A stretch of DNA of 64,000 nucleotides from Gekko japonicus (taxonomy: Eukaryota), in NCBI RefSeq assembly GCF_001447785.1, contig NW_015177078.1:163942-227941 (forward strand), given 5' to 3'. Made by a program: the position numbers and the translations under genes. Below are positions 34,176 through 49,529 of the stretch, in pieces (within the stretch, counting starts at the first letter, position 1; each line of letters starts with the position of its first letter). The notes under the pieces were generated by a model, which saw nothing but the letters and a program-made list of their open reading frames with translations, searched no databases and had not been told where the DNA came from.

Positions 34176-37100
34176 GAGGACCGCTCTTGTAGTCTTCTGC
34201 ACCCTCTCTTCGATCAGACCAGCCCACGGTTATTCTTGCCTTGCTGATATTCAGACTAAACTACAGTATCGTTCTCTGAATGGGGCTACTTTTGAAGTGA
34301 GTTCGGAAGCTGCAACTCGTAAAGACTAAAATGCCCAAGCAGCTTGTTGATACAGGCCTCCAGCAGCATGTTACTGCAGTTTTATTCCATCTATTACTGG
34401 TTGCCAATTAAGTTTCTGGAACCAACAAAATGCTGGTTATGATGGGTAACATTCCTAAGTGGTCTGGGGCCAGAGGATCATTATCTTTCATACAGATCCA
34501 CCTGGGCAAACAGATCAGTATCTAAGGTCCTTCTCTATGTACCCACACTGACAGAAGTATGATGGTAGTCATAAGGCGGTACCTTGTCTCTGGAATGCCT
34601 TCCTCCAGGATTATTACCAGTAAAAAAAAGTCTGTTGCTTAAAATGGGCCTTTTGAAAAGAACATTCAACTTGTAGTGTAAGGCAATATTTTTTCTTTTT
34701 GTTTTTTGCTGAACTATGGAACCACCAGTCTTTGATAATGCTCTGACGCTACTGTTTTCAATGTTTTGTGTTTTCATGCTAAGCACCTAATTCTACTCAG
34801 TTTCATAACTGAAACTCTATGCAGGTGCAAAGCTCAGTGTGACAGAGAGAGCAAAAAGGAGTAAATAAGTTTTCCAAGGGTGACAAAATGGGGACATGGC
34901 TTTCTGAATAAGCTTTGCTCTAGTATAATGCACACCAATACTCCTCTGTCACAGCCAATATATTAGAATGTCCTGCTTGTAAACAGAATAATTAATGTCA
35001 CAACTACCCTTTGTTTTTAAAAGGCAACATACCGATGCCAAGAAGAACTAAAATACTGTAACAGTACTGAGAATGGCTCCACAGTTTGCAGCTCACCTGT
35101 GGTGAAGCAGCAAATGATACTTCCTTGCACCTGCCTTCCCAGCACTTCTCTTCCAAGCTGGTACTGACCATCAAAGCAAGACTGACAGCTGCATTTCTAC
35201 ACCTGGACAACAACGTGGCTCTGATTATGCATTTGGGTTTCTCTTTAGATAGCATAATCTTTTGGTTTTTAAAAAAACATAAGTTGGACAGATGAAGAAG
35301 TGACACCAGTAAGTGCTAACTGACTGGAAGGAGATGGTTTATCCTTATTGGAGCCAAAGTCAGATCTTAGCCTATTTACTAAGGCTACAACTATGTTCCT
35401 AAAGGCAGAACAGCACACCATTAAGGCTAAAAGTGACTGATATAAGAACAATACTTGGCTTTAACAGATTTTGCTACAGATCCTTGCCCAGTTGGGTGGT
35501 GTTAGAACAAGTAAACTGTTATGTTATTGCAGATTCAGTACAACTGCCATACCAGCATAAATTATTAATGCACACTAAGGAAGTAACAGGTCGCAATGGA
35601 GGCATGGTGGGGATAACTCTTATCTTCCAGAGCTAAGTTTCACCTATCCCATCAGTGCAAACTTACAACAGCAAAATAGCCATAAGTAAATACTTTCAAA
35701 TATTCTCAAATAGGAAGTCAACTGAGATATTAGGGAAATTGCCCCTGCCTTCCCTATCCTCCACAGTCACACTGGATATACAGGATTCTGATTCAATGAT
35801 CAATCACAGCACACCAACCATAAGTATACAGTAGCATGACCAGGAATCACTGCCCTGATTACATGAATGAAAGGGTATGTTTGCACAGAACCCCCAACAA
35901 CAAAAAATCAGATAAAGTTGTGGAAAGGGTAGAAAAACACTACTTGTCTATTCAATGCCTTTAAGATTCTATCTCAGGATCTAATTAAACACACCCCACT
36001 ATAAACCTTCTTGTAACTAGAAAGACAGTGTGGATGGTGGGGAGGAGAAGATGCATTACACCTCAAAGCTGATCATCATCCATCTCCAAGTATTATCATC
36101 AAGAGTGATGCGCAGAGCATCTCAATGTTTATGGGCATACAGTATTTACCACCACTCTACAGTAACTGGGGAAGAATGCAGTGGTTTCACAGCCCTCCTG
36201 TACTTAACACCTAGTAGTTGTGTTCTCCAAAGAAAATGGGTAAGTAAGCTGTTCGTACAAAAGACCCCAGTTGGAAACACACCCCCCCCAAATCCACTAC
36301 ACAGGACAACAGAGAATGCAATCAAGCACTGCTTCACCATAAGACTAGCTCTTACCAAAGCTGTGCCACTTTAGATGGCAAAAAAGGTTCATACATTTGA
36401 ACGCTTCTCCCAAAATGTGCGGAGGGAAAGCAGCATGCCAGGGATAATGCTCAGTTAAAAGTCTTCCTATAGGCATACTAATTTTCTATGTTGTGGCCAT
36501 TCTTTGTATGGAAGAGATCTAATAATCTTTGCAATCAAAGTGGTCCGGCCCCCACACAGGTTTTACCTCTCAGTGAAGGAGAGCATTCTTCTTTGCAAAG
36601 TAACTGCTAGTAGCCAGACATATAAGAAGGAACGGCAAATGGTGCTGCCTGCAACATTCAGTGGGAGTACAGGGAAATGATGAAATGGAAAAGCATCCTC
36701 TTGCTCAACAGCTAGTGAGGACGTAATGTAAGCAATCTGGTATTTAGTTCTGTTGTGTGTCTGGTATTATTGTGTCCATATATTAGTTATTCCTCTCAAT
36801 AGAGGACTCTATGCCTGATTTCATTGGTTTTTCAAAGTTCTTTAAGGAGCCTCATCCTGGTGTCAAACAGTTCCTTAGTTGCTGTCTGTGTGGTCACCCA
36901 TCAAGCTAGGTGAAAAGACTTAAGACACAACACCTTTTAGGATAAGGAATGAGGTGGGGCAGAAGGGAGGCATCTGCTTTATTCTTAGCATTTCCCACAG
37001 CGTATCCTGCCCATATTGGAAAGTAGGCCTCATTTACACAGCTAAGCACCCAGGACATGGTACACTTTCCCAAACAGTGGGAGGGCAAGAGTGTGCATTT

Positions 37101-37546
37101 TGTCCACATTCTAGCCACTAGAGCACCAGCAAGGCTTCAGCAGCTCGTTGTTTTCCTAACTCCCACTTCAGTTACTGCTGGTATGATAAAACCACAGTTG
37201 TGACGCATGAAGCGGAGAGAAGAGAGGCCAGGAGATAAGGTCTCCACAGCTCCACATGGGCTCCCTTCACTAGATTATACTGGTTTATGAAAAGTAATTA
37301 TCCTCTAACAACAGCCCTAGTTTTTTGGAAGATGGTCATATGTGACTGGAATATACCAGGAGTGATATATGCAACATTTCAAAATGTTGTCTCTAGCCAT
37401 TCAAGGTAGGTTTCAAAAGCAGGCCATGGTTATTCATATGCCAGTGAGAACTTACTCTTTGTATCAGTGCTTTTAAAGCAGAAAATAATGCTACAAAATC
37501 CAAGCAGTTTTCTCTCACTGATCCAAAACACAGGATTCCAGCATCA

Positions 37547-37726
<180 letters not shown>

Positions 37727-40379
37727 CTAAAATTGAAAATAAAGAGCAGTCAACATGCTATATGCATTCACAATAGAGAATTTACTTCTGTCAACCTACA
37801 GTCCATACAGCTTGTAACATGCTAGGGAAAATTTCCAATCAGTTGTACTTTCAGAAATCATTCCTACATTTTATAATATCTTGAAATCTGTAGACAAAAA
37901 GCAATCTGCTGTTTTAGTGGGTCTAAGAAGGTATTACATGGCTTTTGTTTCTGAAATCTATAAGTAAGACTAACCTTGGGAAAAATCCCTATGTTTTTTA
38001 CACTAGCTGCCTGCCTATTCAAGATTCCTCAAGGTAAACATATTGTGGCCTGGAGAAAGGAACTCAAAACCAACTTATGTCATTTCTCTGCTCGTTCACA
38101 GAGAATTCTTGCTGTACAAATAGCTATTTACACACATGATTACACTACTAAGGCCAACCACAATCACTCCCTGCACAACTGAGACAAATGCATCTTTCTT
38201 TTACATGTGTTATTAGCAAAAACGCAAACAGCAATACTAATGCCTTTTTGGCACACTGACCCTCTGCTGCTGTTCTAGATGCTGTAGTGTAAGCCATTAA
38301 GCAAGGAAAAGGAATAAAAAGCAATGAGCATGGCTCCATTTGCTTTCTGAAGCCCTACAAGATTAAAGCTTACTACAGAGTGATAGTTTAGAGTTGCTTT
38401 AGCATCAGAGGAACAAAACCACTCCAATGGCAACTGAAGGCAATATTACTACTACTACTATTATTATTTATTAAATTTTTACCTCGCCCTCCCAGTGTGT
38501 TCTTGCGAAAAACATTAACTATTACATGTGCAAAAATTTCCTGAAGACTATTATCATTCTAGTCTCTTAAATTCCTCCCCAGGCCATTCTTTTTAGAAGG
38601 CTTTTCATGAGCCCCTCCCTACCAGTCATTCTAGTATTCGATTTGTTGTTTGGGTAAATACCATAACCCCTTAATGTTTCATCCCCATCACACCACAAAC
38701 CTTAAGTATCTGCCCACAGTGTGAATACCTAACATTTAGAAAATAATTCAAGCACCCACTCTTATTGTTCTAGCTAAGCATCAACCCTTTCAAAAGTTAC
38801 TTAGTCAGGGGCTCCTTAAGAATTACCCAGCTGCTTTTCCATGAGCTGCTTTTTGGACACACTGAGTAATGCTGAAATTAAACTATCACATGGGCTGGGA
38901 ATGATCACAGAATCAGCACCCCTTCCCTTTCCAGTGAGGTATTAATTCTGTTTTTAGGACCTATGCAATGGATAAAGCTCAAAGTAGCTGCCATAGCAGA
39001 ACACCTTATTCCAGCTACAGAGAAATCCCTCACAGAACAGTGCTTCCCAAGTAGCTAGGATAAGGTTTACCCTCGCACCTTTTGTGGGTTGGATCCATGC
39101 TAAAATGGCAATTGACTCCAAATTTCTCCTTTGTTGCTGGAGAATGCCCTCATGTTGTTCTTCAGTGTCCCCAATCTTGAGGGGCAGCATTTCACAGAGA
39201 TCAGGGGGAGGGGAAGGGAGGGGAGAGACAGGAAAGTTCTGGTCTGCTGGTAGAAAATTTAGTCTACATCAAGCCCCATGCAAGGTAATACAACTATGGA
39301 AACACTGACACGTTCAACTACTTTCAGCATGAACAGTTTGCTCCCATCATGTCAAATACATAAAATCAAAGTGATTTAGTTTTATGATAAAAAGCACAAT
39401 TGATATGCAATAGCTGGCTATTAAAAGAAAATTAGTGTATAGTTCTTAATTTTCTAGCACTTTTGCGCTAAATATGGCATTAACATCTAGCCCTGGGTTC
39501 CCCAATATGGCACCCTTGGTGCCCACTGAGCTTTCCATAAAGTGGGCAGTGCCATTGTAAGGCGTGTCTTGTTATTGGCTGCCCTCTTTCAAATGAGAGT
39601 TTTCCCCTGAAGAATCAGGACTGATAAGCACCTTGGTTTTTCTTAGTCCGCGCATGGTTCTACTCACACTACCTGTCACATACTTATCCTCTTCAACAAA
39701 ACAGATGATGGCGATATTAACAGTGAAGGAGACTTCTTGCAAGATCTAACATCAATAAAAAGCTCTTCAACTATTTGAACAACACACAGCAGTAGGAAAA
39801 TAGCTGCCCCTCAAAGCATAAAATAATTTGAAGCACACCCACAAAAAAACAGCAAATGAATCTGAAGTACATATAGCACTTGCATCACATAATTAAGCTC
39901 AACAGCAGAAGTAGACTACTGTTCAGCAAGTAAAGTTAAATGTGAGTAGTACAATATGTGGAATACCATATCAAATCCTCAATACTATGCTAAGAACGAG
40001 CCCCCCCTCCCCGCTTCAGAAGGCAAAGTAGTTCATTATATCCATGAATTATACAACAATAAAATGATGCAGGCCTTGGCTACACTGATCTTTTGAAACC
40101 CAGGCCTAGGTGTTTAGACAGAATGTAGTGAATGATAATAGCAGGGTTTACACAGTAAAACAAGCAAAAGTGAAAGAGACATAAGGAGCCATGATGGAAT
40201 TTGGACTATGACTGAATAGGGAGGAGATAATGAATACTAATTGGCACCCCACATTCCATCAAAACTATGCACAGGCTCTTTAAAATGGACTAGAACACAC
40301 ACATACTTCTCCAGACTTCCCTCTGAAGCCTTTATGCGCTGCAACAAATTCTGTAGGACTTGCCTAGTTACAGAACCAG

Positions 40380-40587
40380 GTACACAAGGTATAGATAGGA
40401 ACTCTCAGTCTGGGGCAAGTGATGCACTGTATTCTTGGTGCTTGGGGGGGCAACAGTAGGAGGGCTTCTAGTGTCCTGGCCCCACTGCTGGCACCTGGTA
40501 TTTTTGGCCACTGTTTGACAGAGTGTTGGGCTGGATGGGCCATTGGCCTGATTCAACAATGGCTTCTCTTATGTTCTTATCTTATGA
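40380..40587 (+). mobile_element. CR1 LINE 3' end
   Basis: gagtgttgggctggatgggcc.ttggcctgat...tcttatgttcttat tail; same family as 43015-43710. Confidence 0.85.
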
Positions 40588-42649
40588 AATTCTTGTGTCC
40601 AACAATAAGCCACTACTGTGGTGGATCAGCACCAACTATTTGTGGACAGCACTCCAGTCTGGAATCAAAGAACACCACACTCATTTTCTGGTTTTTCTTA
40701 CATGGTCACAAGAGCTAAATTGGACACAATGAGACCCATAACCTTTGTGTCTCCCATCAACATGCAAAGCAGCAGTGGGAGACATCTGCAGGGGTGAAGC
40801 AGCATATCAGGGGTACAAATACACACACCCAGCTCCCCCTACCTGGATAATTTAGGGAGGACCAGGAAAGAGAGCATGCAGGTGCTACTGGTATGCCTCC
40901 TTATTAAGGTGAAGTCAATGGAGCCAGAACAAAGCCTTCTCTGTATCAGCATCTACTCTCTAGAGACAATTTTCACAATTATTACATACGGAAAACTCTT
41001 ATTCAGAAATTGTGTAAAATCTGTCGTCGAAGACTAGCTTTATCTAATGACATATATAATAAGGGGTAAGATACTGTGAACTTTTCCATTTCATCTCAGC
41101 AAATTCTTTCTCACTGCATTCTCTGCCCCACACGGTTTCTTTGTGGATCCCACAATCCCCAGTTTCTCTTTGATTGTTATTAACACATCATCTTACAAGT
41201 GGAAAAGTCAAAAGGCTTTACTATTTTATTCAGGTACATGACGTTTGTGAAATATTTTTGAACCGATTTAATTTTTATGCTCTTAAATAATTAAAATACA
41301 AATATTAAGATTTAGCCAAGCTCTTCTTGAACCTTGAGGACAGGAAAAATATAATTTTAAATAAAGAACCAACTCACACTCTATGTTGAAAATTTCATTG
41401 ACTGCATATTTACTGCCCTGTTAGATTTTCTTGAGTCTAGGTAAGAACCTGCACACACCTAGGGTGATGGGGCTACTTTTCTGTGAACAATCAAAAGACT
41501 GTCAGTCTGTTCACAGTTGTCAAATAAGCCATATTACATCCCAATATCCTCACTTGTGATTTTAGCTCATCTCGGTCTGGAAGCTATGGCTCTAGGGCCA
41601 AATGTGGCTCCATATGGAACCACATTTGGGTCTTTAAAAAACAAATTGATATATTTTAAGTTATAGGATACTGGAGAAGTAGGTGGAATGCTATAATAAT
41701 CAGAATGAAGGGAATGGCAGGCAAAGATTTTTACGTGACTAAAGAGCTTCTAAGATATTATTACCCTTACAAAAAGGGAAATAATAGAGGTGAACACCTG
41801 CCAATAATCCAAGTGTGACCCATGCCAGTGCAGCAAAACAATTGTACAGGGTGCTCCTGTAGCTTAATTACTTATTGAGACGTCATATGGGACGCTTCCT
41901 AATAAAGGACTCTCAACATCCAGTGTCTGGACTACAGAAATTTGATAACAGAAACGTTGATTACCCCTTAATGTTAAATTGTGTATTTTCAGATATTCAA
42001 ACAGGCTCTCTTACAGAGGTGCTTTGTTGATCACTTGCTCTGCCACAATTTGGCTCTTCAGTTACAAAACATTGCTGACTCCTGTTTTATAATGTGTTCT
42101 ATTAATGCAAAAGTCAAACTGAAAACATGAAGCTCTTCTGAACCCAGCTTTAGAACAGGACTCAATTCTTGCTAGCTTTCTCCTGTTGAGCTAAAGCTTT
42201 CCAGCAACACAAACCCCTTCTGCTTTTAGCAAAAAATACATGCCAACGTATTTTTCCTAATATACATTTCACTTATAATGATGCTTACACTATGACAGAA
42301 CACAATATGAAACACCTGAAGCCAAAACACATATTACAGACCATGTCCTAAAATCACACTGATTTAATGACTGACACAGAGCTGTGTTGCCATTATCACA
42401 TTTGCTGGCAGTGCATTATCCAAAACAGTGGAAGGAGAAGGCACTCATCTGTATGGTTACCTTAGCACTTCTGTTTTATCTTTTTGTATTCTAAAGTTGT
42501 TGGGGATCATTTCTTATCTACAGCTTGAGCTTCCATTCTAGCTAACATGGACTTTCAATCTTGTCCTAAGCTAGCTTTTCATTCTACTGTGAAGAACTTC
42601 TCAGTAAAAAATAAATTTATAACAGCACAATCCCCCCACACCAATATTC

Positions 42650-43980
42650 TACAAAATTTATACCCTGTCTTTCTGTCCTCATATGGGCCACCAAGGCAGC
42701 TAACAAATTTTGAAAACATCATAAAATCACAACTTGAAATGCATTAAAATTAACAAAAACATCATAAAACCAGAGCCAAACACACACAAAAAACATCCAA
42801 ACAAAAACATTGGGCAGGAAGAAGGGACCACTGAGGTAATGCCAAATGAAATAAAAGAAGTCTTCACTCGCTGGCAGAAAATGGACGAGTTTTCCCAGTG
42901 AGAGAATTCCAGAGCTTTGGTGCCATGGCCAAGAAGGCCCTCTCTTCGGTTGCCACCTAATCTCAGAAGGTGGGGGCACCTGAAGCAGGGCTTCAGAGTA
43001 TGATGGCAGTGGTCATAAGAACATAAGAGATGACAATGTTGGATCAGGCCAAAGGCCCATCCAGTCCAACACTCTGTATCACACAGTGGCCAGAAATACC
43101 AGTGCCATCAGGAATTCCCTTTTGAAGCCGTCCATGCTTGTAGCCGCCACCACTTCCTGTGGCAGTGAATTCCATGTGTTAATCACTCTTTGGGTGAAGA
43201 AGTACTTCCTTTTATCCGTTCTAACCCGACCGCTCAGCAATTTCATGGAGTGCCCACGGGTTCTTGTATTGTGAGAAAGGGAGAAAAGTACCTCTTTCTC
43301 TACCTGCTCTTTCCCATGCATAATCTTATAAACCTCGATCATGTCACCCCTCAGTCGTCTTTTCTCCAAGCTAAAGAGCCCTAAGTGCTTTAACCTTTCC
43401 TCATAGGGAAAGTGTTCCAACCCTTTTATCATTTGAGTTGCCCTTTTCTGCACTTTTTCCAAAGCTATAATATCCTTTTTAAGGTGTGGTGCCCAGAACT
43501 GCACACAGTATTCCAAATGAGGTCTCACCATTGATTTATATAGGGGCATTATGATATTGGCTGATCTGTTTACAATACCCTTCCTAATAATCCCCAGCAT
43601 AGCATTGGCCTTCTTTATTGCAGTCACACACTGTCTCGACATTTTCAGTGAGTTATCTACTACAACTCCAAGATCTCTCTCTTGATCAGTCTCTGCCAGT
43701 TCAGACCCCAGGTAAGTACATAAGCGAATAGTCAAATCTTTCAGGTATGTTGGTCCCAAACCATACAGGGCTTTTAAGGTCAATACCAGCAACTTTAATT
43801 GTGCCTGAAAACAGACTTGGAACCAGTGTAGATAGGCCAAGACTGGAGTGATATGGTCACTATGATCCACTCCAGTCAACATCCTGGCTGCAGCATTCTG
43901 CTCTAAATAAAGTTTCTGAACACTTTTCAGGGTAGCCCCATGTAGAGCTCATCACAGTAATCTAATCTAGATGTAACCAG
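42650..43980 (-). mobile_element. Old L2 LINE 3' part, split by the CR1 insertion
   Basis: DHITPVLAYLHW...FKAL-like (LTLKALYGLGPTYLKD) on one side; continuation and tail on the other. Confidence 0.8.
43015..43710 (-). mobile_element. 5'-truncated CR1 LINE (ORF2 C-terminus, open frame)
   Basis: ERDLGVVVD...PLYKSMVRPHLEYCVQFWAP...LGLFSLEKRRLRGD...RTRGH...WNSLP and a (cttatgtt)n tail. Confidence 0.96.
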
Positions 43981-44804
43981 GGCACACACACACCCAGGCC
44001 TCGTTTGTGCTGCCTGCTGGAGGCACAAAGCAGCCTGGCCACAACGGAGGCTGCCCGCTGTGGCTCTGTGAGAGAGCTGGACTCTTCAAAAGTATTTGTT
44101 TAAAGTTGGGAAGCCAGCCTCAAGATGCCCGCTGTAGCTACAAGCTTGGATTGAACCTGGGACCCTCTCTGCATGCCAAGACGATGATCCACCACTGAGC
44201 CACAGCCCTTCCCTAAACAGCAGATTGAATTGCTGAGAAATAATTAGTTTTCAAGTGGCACATAAAAAAGTTTTTTGAGACAAAGGCAGGGGAAGCCAAT
44301 TTTGTTTTTTCAACCCATTTTTTTTGCTAATTTAAAAACTATTTTTTTAATTTTCTAAAATTTTGTTTATTTGTACCTACAGAGCTGCTCAGCAGGGGAA
44401 GAAGTGAATGCACGTATGCACAAAACTGGAAGGAAGGAATACATGGCATTGTTCACTGCCTCTGGACATTTGAGAAATAAGCAGACAGACTTCACAGCAT
44501 TGCAACCCCAAAGGGAGAAACATGGGCCAAAAATTTATGGGGCAATATGTGTCAATTCCCCATTCTAACTAACCACTCCATACCTTTCCAGCAGGCCAAA
44601 ATATTAAGCTTCATAAAGAAGGAAAAATAGAAAGCTCTGCCTAATCATAAAATACATACCTTTGCCAATTTAGATAATAACCGAGATTACAGTTACATCC
44701 TTGACTTCAGGTAGGAATCCAGCAATTACTACTCAAGGCCCCCTCCCATTTAAGTTACAATTTTGCAGGTGACTGACTTTTCTAACAAGCTGCTTCCTAT
44801 AAGG

Positions 44805-45070
44805 AGAAGAAGAGATTGGGTTTATACCCTGCCCTTCACTCGAAGTCTCAGAGTGGCTTACATCACCTTCCCTTCCTCTCCCCACAACAGACACCCTGTG
44901 AGGTAGGTGGGGCTGAGAGAGCTCTTTGAGAACTGCTACTGAGAGTACAGCTCTGAGAGAACTGTGGCTTGCCTAAGGTCACCCAGCAGCTGCAAGTGGA
45001 GGCATGGGGAATCAAACCTAGTTCTCCCAGATTAGAGTCTGCACCCCAACCACTACACCAAACTGGTTTC
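44805..45070 (-). mobile_element. tRNA-derived SINE (Squam3-type), full length
   Basis: Reverse complement of the 11721-12000 type. Confidence 0.9.
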
Positions 45071-47257
45071 TTCACAATCTCAACTGACCTGTTAAACGGA
45101 AAAAACCTTCTTGAAAAATTTAGCCAATCATATTGGCACTCAGTTTTCCATATGCAGAGGCTAACAATGCATTAAGATAAATTATCTAGGGATTTCAGTA
45201 ATTATACTATTGAAAGTGAACCACAGTGTTAATGTTCTATGTCCCTTCTGACAAATTAGAACAGTTCACTTGTCCCAAAGAGATCAATTGCTCATTAACT
45301 GTAATAAAGCCAAGGATAAAAATGCATTAACTTGTTCTTTAAAGGTTATTGCTCCTTCAAAATACAACAAAATAACCCAGCTTTTTTCTCTAAAAATTTC
45401 AACAAATTATTTGTCATTTCTTAAACACTACTCAAAGCTGACTACTCTGACCTCATTCAAAGTTAGTGTGCAAGAAAATTAAAAATTGAAAACATCACAG
45501 AACATGTCCGACTCTGGCTCATCCAAAGAATGGAAACTTATACCCTGTTTTTCTCCCCAGTGGAGACACAAAGTACATCATTCTCCCCTCCTTCATTTTA
45601 TCCTAACAGTGATGCTGTGAGAGTGTGACTGACCCTACATCACCCAAGGAAGCTTCCATGGCAGAATGGGGATTCTTACATGGATCTCACAGACAGTAAT
45701 CTAGCACTCCTACAACTACATTATGCCGGCTGTCCCAGTACAATGGACAGCTTCTGCTTAGCTGTTACACAAATGACCCAATTTATATAAATGTGATAAG
45801 ACAATCTCAGAAGTTAACCTGCCAAGTTGGACAACTGCTTTTCAGCAATACCCAACCAAGAGTATTTCTTGTCATAGCAATGCTTTTCTGCTGAACACTG
45901 AACGTGCAAGAATTTGTTCACATCTTTCAGTGCAACGCTCTTTAAGACAGAACTTCTAAGTAGCATTTAATCAAAAGCTTCTCCTATATGCAGAACAATA
46001 TTCTGTCAACTATAAATTTAGATACTTGCTATTTGTTTCACAGCTTGGGGGCAAATATTAGAAAAGTACACTTAAGCAAGTAATTCAATGTCTTGTTTAA
46101 AGAACACAACTCACTAATTGAAGAGACCTCACTAGCTGAAGAAACCTGTGATATTATACTGTTTGAACATGTCCTGTGGGTTACTCAATATTGGTAGCAC
46201 ATCAAGCCATAACAGTAGGACATCAAGCTGATCAATACACACCCAGCCTAACCTTCCTCACAGGGTTGCTGTGAGGATGATGTAAGAATGTATGAATGAA
46301 GCAAATAATGCTGAATATATACACCCATACAATAGTTTGGCAAAGCAACGTTACCATTCTAATGAATTTTAGGTCTTAATATTGAAAACAAATTCAGCAA
46401 AAACCCGCTTAGACAAATGAGACACCGGGAGATCTATGAACTGATCTCCAGAGTGGTTTTGACTGACAGTGGAATGGCATGGGTTGATTTTAAACCTCAA
46501 ACATGTCCTCTCCCCTATCTGCTGTTTTGTCCTGCTGGGCAAACAGGCAGCAAGGCAAATAAAAGTGCTGTGGTGGTGGTGGCGGCGGATAAACCTTTGA
46601 GATAGGAAAATAGTACAGGGATCAGAATTAAACCCTTCACATCTCCCTGGCCTGAATTCCAACACACACATCCCACCCAGAACATAAATTCACAGATCTA
46701 CCAGTAACTTGTCTAGCTTGGTTCTCGGACCTATCTTCTAAACCTGTACTCTATTTAAAAACGTGCTATACAACATAGTTAAGTAACCATGTTTTGTCCC
46801 TCTGTATTTTCTATTCTGTTCTCTAGTCCTTCCTAGACCACTATTTTAAAGCAGGGCTTTTTTGTGAGAGTACACACCAGTACTGAGTACCAGCCCCTTT
46901 TTTCAGGGCTGTCCCAAATCGTGAGAGGGGAACTGGTACAACCTTTTATGAGCACTGACACCTCTCCCTCACAAAGCACTAATTTAACACACTTCAATGT
47001 AGCTTATGTAGACAACAGAGAGTAACCAATATGACTGAAGGCAAAGGCAGTGAATGCTAGAAATACCACGGCTATTTGTGTGAACATATTGATACTTTAG
47101 TATTCAAGCTGCATCAATTTGTCTGCAGGTAAATCTATAACTGAATTGTCACAAACACGGGAGTAAAGCACATCCAAGAGCTATTCTACACAGAAACCTC
47201 AAACACAATTCTATTCCTTTAAAATTCGTCCTTATTCTATTAGCCAGGTTTTTTTCC

Positions 47258-48957
47258 TGTGTGGATACTTATGTCCACCAACAGGGGGCTCACTCTCCTC
47301 CAACAGCTTTTCCTACATAGTCAGTAGACTTCCTGGGTTTGTAGAAAAATCCAAAAACGAAAAAAATCCCTTCAGGGACAGCTGAATTCCCCCCCAAACC
47401 TTTTGAAATGGCCTCTGCAGGGATCTGCTTCAGGCATCAATGGTGAGAGATTAGAATGTGTGTGTGTGTGGGGGGGGGGTTTCTAACTGGCTTCGTCAGT
47501 AAAAGGGTGGGGGAAGTGCCCTTTCCAGGCCTCATCCGGCCTTTGATGGAGGAAGGGAACTTTGGGGCCAGGCCTCACAAGAGTTGTCAGTGCCAGGCTG
47601 GGGGATTTCTAGAGATTTTGTGGTGGACTCTAAGGAGGGCTGGGTTTGGGAAGGGAGAGGCCTCAGCTGGGTATAATGCCACAGAGTCCACCCTCCAAAG
47701 CAGCCATTTTCTGCAGGGAGACAAACCTCTGCCTTCTAGAGTCCAGTTGTAATTCTGGGGGGGTCTCCAGGTTCCATTTGGAGGTTGGCAACTCTAGGCC
47801 TGGCAGTGTAGGGTTGCCAGGTCCCCCCTGATTTGCATGACTCACCTAGCCTCAGCTGCTTGCTACCATTCATCAGCAGCCACCCTATGAAAGCCAGTGA
47901 GGTGCAGCAGTTAGAGCTTCAAAGAAGGGTCTGCAAGACCCAGGTTCAGATCCCCATCTTGCAGTGGAAGCTGGCTGCGTGATTTTGGACTAGTCATATA
48001 TTTCAGCCTAACCAACCTCACAGGGTTGTTGTGCAGATAAAAAGGAGGAGGGAATAATGAAAGCTGCTTTGGTCCCCACTGTGGAGAAAGACTGTAAGTT
48101 TCCTAGGTAGAGGCTGGGGGGTGGAGATGGAAAGCAGAAGACAGAGACGCAGATAAAGGTAGGTTGGCTGTTGGGTGGGAAGGAAATAGGGTTGCCAACT
48201 CAGGTTGGAAAATTCCTGGACATTTGAGGGGTGGAGCCTGGAGAGGGTGGGATTTGAGGAGGGGAGGAACTTTGGACTGGTGTAATGTCATAGACTCCAC
48301 CCTCTGGCCATTTCCTCCACAAGAACCACCATTGTCAGGCTCCAGGTGAGGACTGGAGACCACCCAGAATTACAACTGTTGTCCAGGTGACAGAGATCAG
48401 TCTCCCGGGATAAAATGGCTGTTTTGGAGGGTTGAGTCTATGGCATCATACCCTGCTGAGGCTGCTTGCCACCCCAAGCCTCACTGTCCCAAGGCTCCAC
48501 CCCCAAATCTCCAGGAATTTCCCAACCCGGAGCTGGCAGCCCTAAAGTGAATTGATCTCTGTAGCTGGGAGATCCGTTATGATTCCCAGACCGCTGCCAC
48601 CGCTGCTGTAGGGGGGAGAGGAAGCAGCTGGGTGGCTAGAAGCACTGCCACCACTGCTCTGTGGAGTGGGGGAGGAAGCAGGCAGGTGGCTGGGAGAGTG
48701 ATGGGGGCAGAAAGAAAGAATGATGGGGTGGGGGCAGAAAGAGAGAGAAAGAGTGATGAAGTGGAGTGGCAGAAAAACAGAGAAAGATGACAGGTCAGAA
48801 AGAGAGAGGAAGTCACATGCATGGAGGAAAAATAGAGAGTAAGAAAAGGGGGGCAGAGGGGAGAAATAGTGTGAGAGAGGTAGGGGGTGAGGAGAAGAAG
48901 CAAATGTGTGATGAATGAGATAACCATCCCACAAGTTTCTTGCGGGTCTCCACTTGT
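47258..48957 (+). mobile_element. Helitron-like composite element, copy 3, in YWHAZ intron 2 (nested MITEs ~47579-47796 and 48187-48544; SINE ~47888-48090)
   Basis: 3' hairpin CCCACAAG-TTT-CTTGCGGG (48928-48946) followed 6 nt later by CTTG|T (CTRR-like); colinear with copy 2. Confidence 0.6.
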
Positions 48958-49529
48958 AGTTTATAAGTACCAAGAGCAAGAACCTTGGGTTTGATCTATT
49001 AACTGTATCAGTGGGGCGATTTACACCAATTCACACTTTCTGCTGCAGACCCCTGATTTCATGTGCATGCCGTCCCCAAGGAACCCCCTGTCCCTCAGGA
49101 GCAGCATTTGGATGCGGAGGGGAGGCAGAAACTTTCTGTTCCACAGACAGAAGTTGTGTGTGTGAGTGGAGAAGGCACTCTGAATCAAAGTCTCTTAACA
49201 TTTTAAAATATAGGCAGACCTATATATAGGCAGACCTGAATTCTGCCTGAACAAATTTATCATTTTACCTACAAAGTAGGTAAATATCTAAGGAGAAACA
49301 TTAGATGCTTTCTGGCACATTTTGTTCAATACTACCAATTAAGTTGTAAAAACTCAGCCTTTCTTTGAAAAAAGTGCCACATATTTGGAAATTGGTGCCC
49401 AAATGTACCATGTAGTTATACAAATGCCTAAGAAACATCATAATTTTAGTAATGGTTCAAAAGGCTAGATTTCAAATCATGCAAGATTACATTCATTGAA
49501 ATTAACTACACTTAAATATTTATGTTCTA

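Noticed and set aside
35000-37310. Very old DIRS-like remnants in YWHAZ intron 3
   Set aside because: Only faint motif resemblance; boundaries and identity cannot be supported without an alignment.
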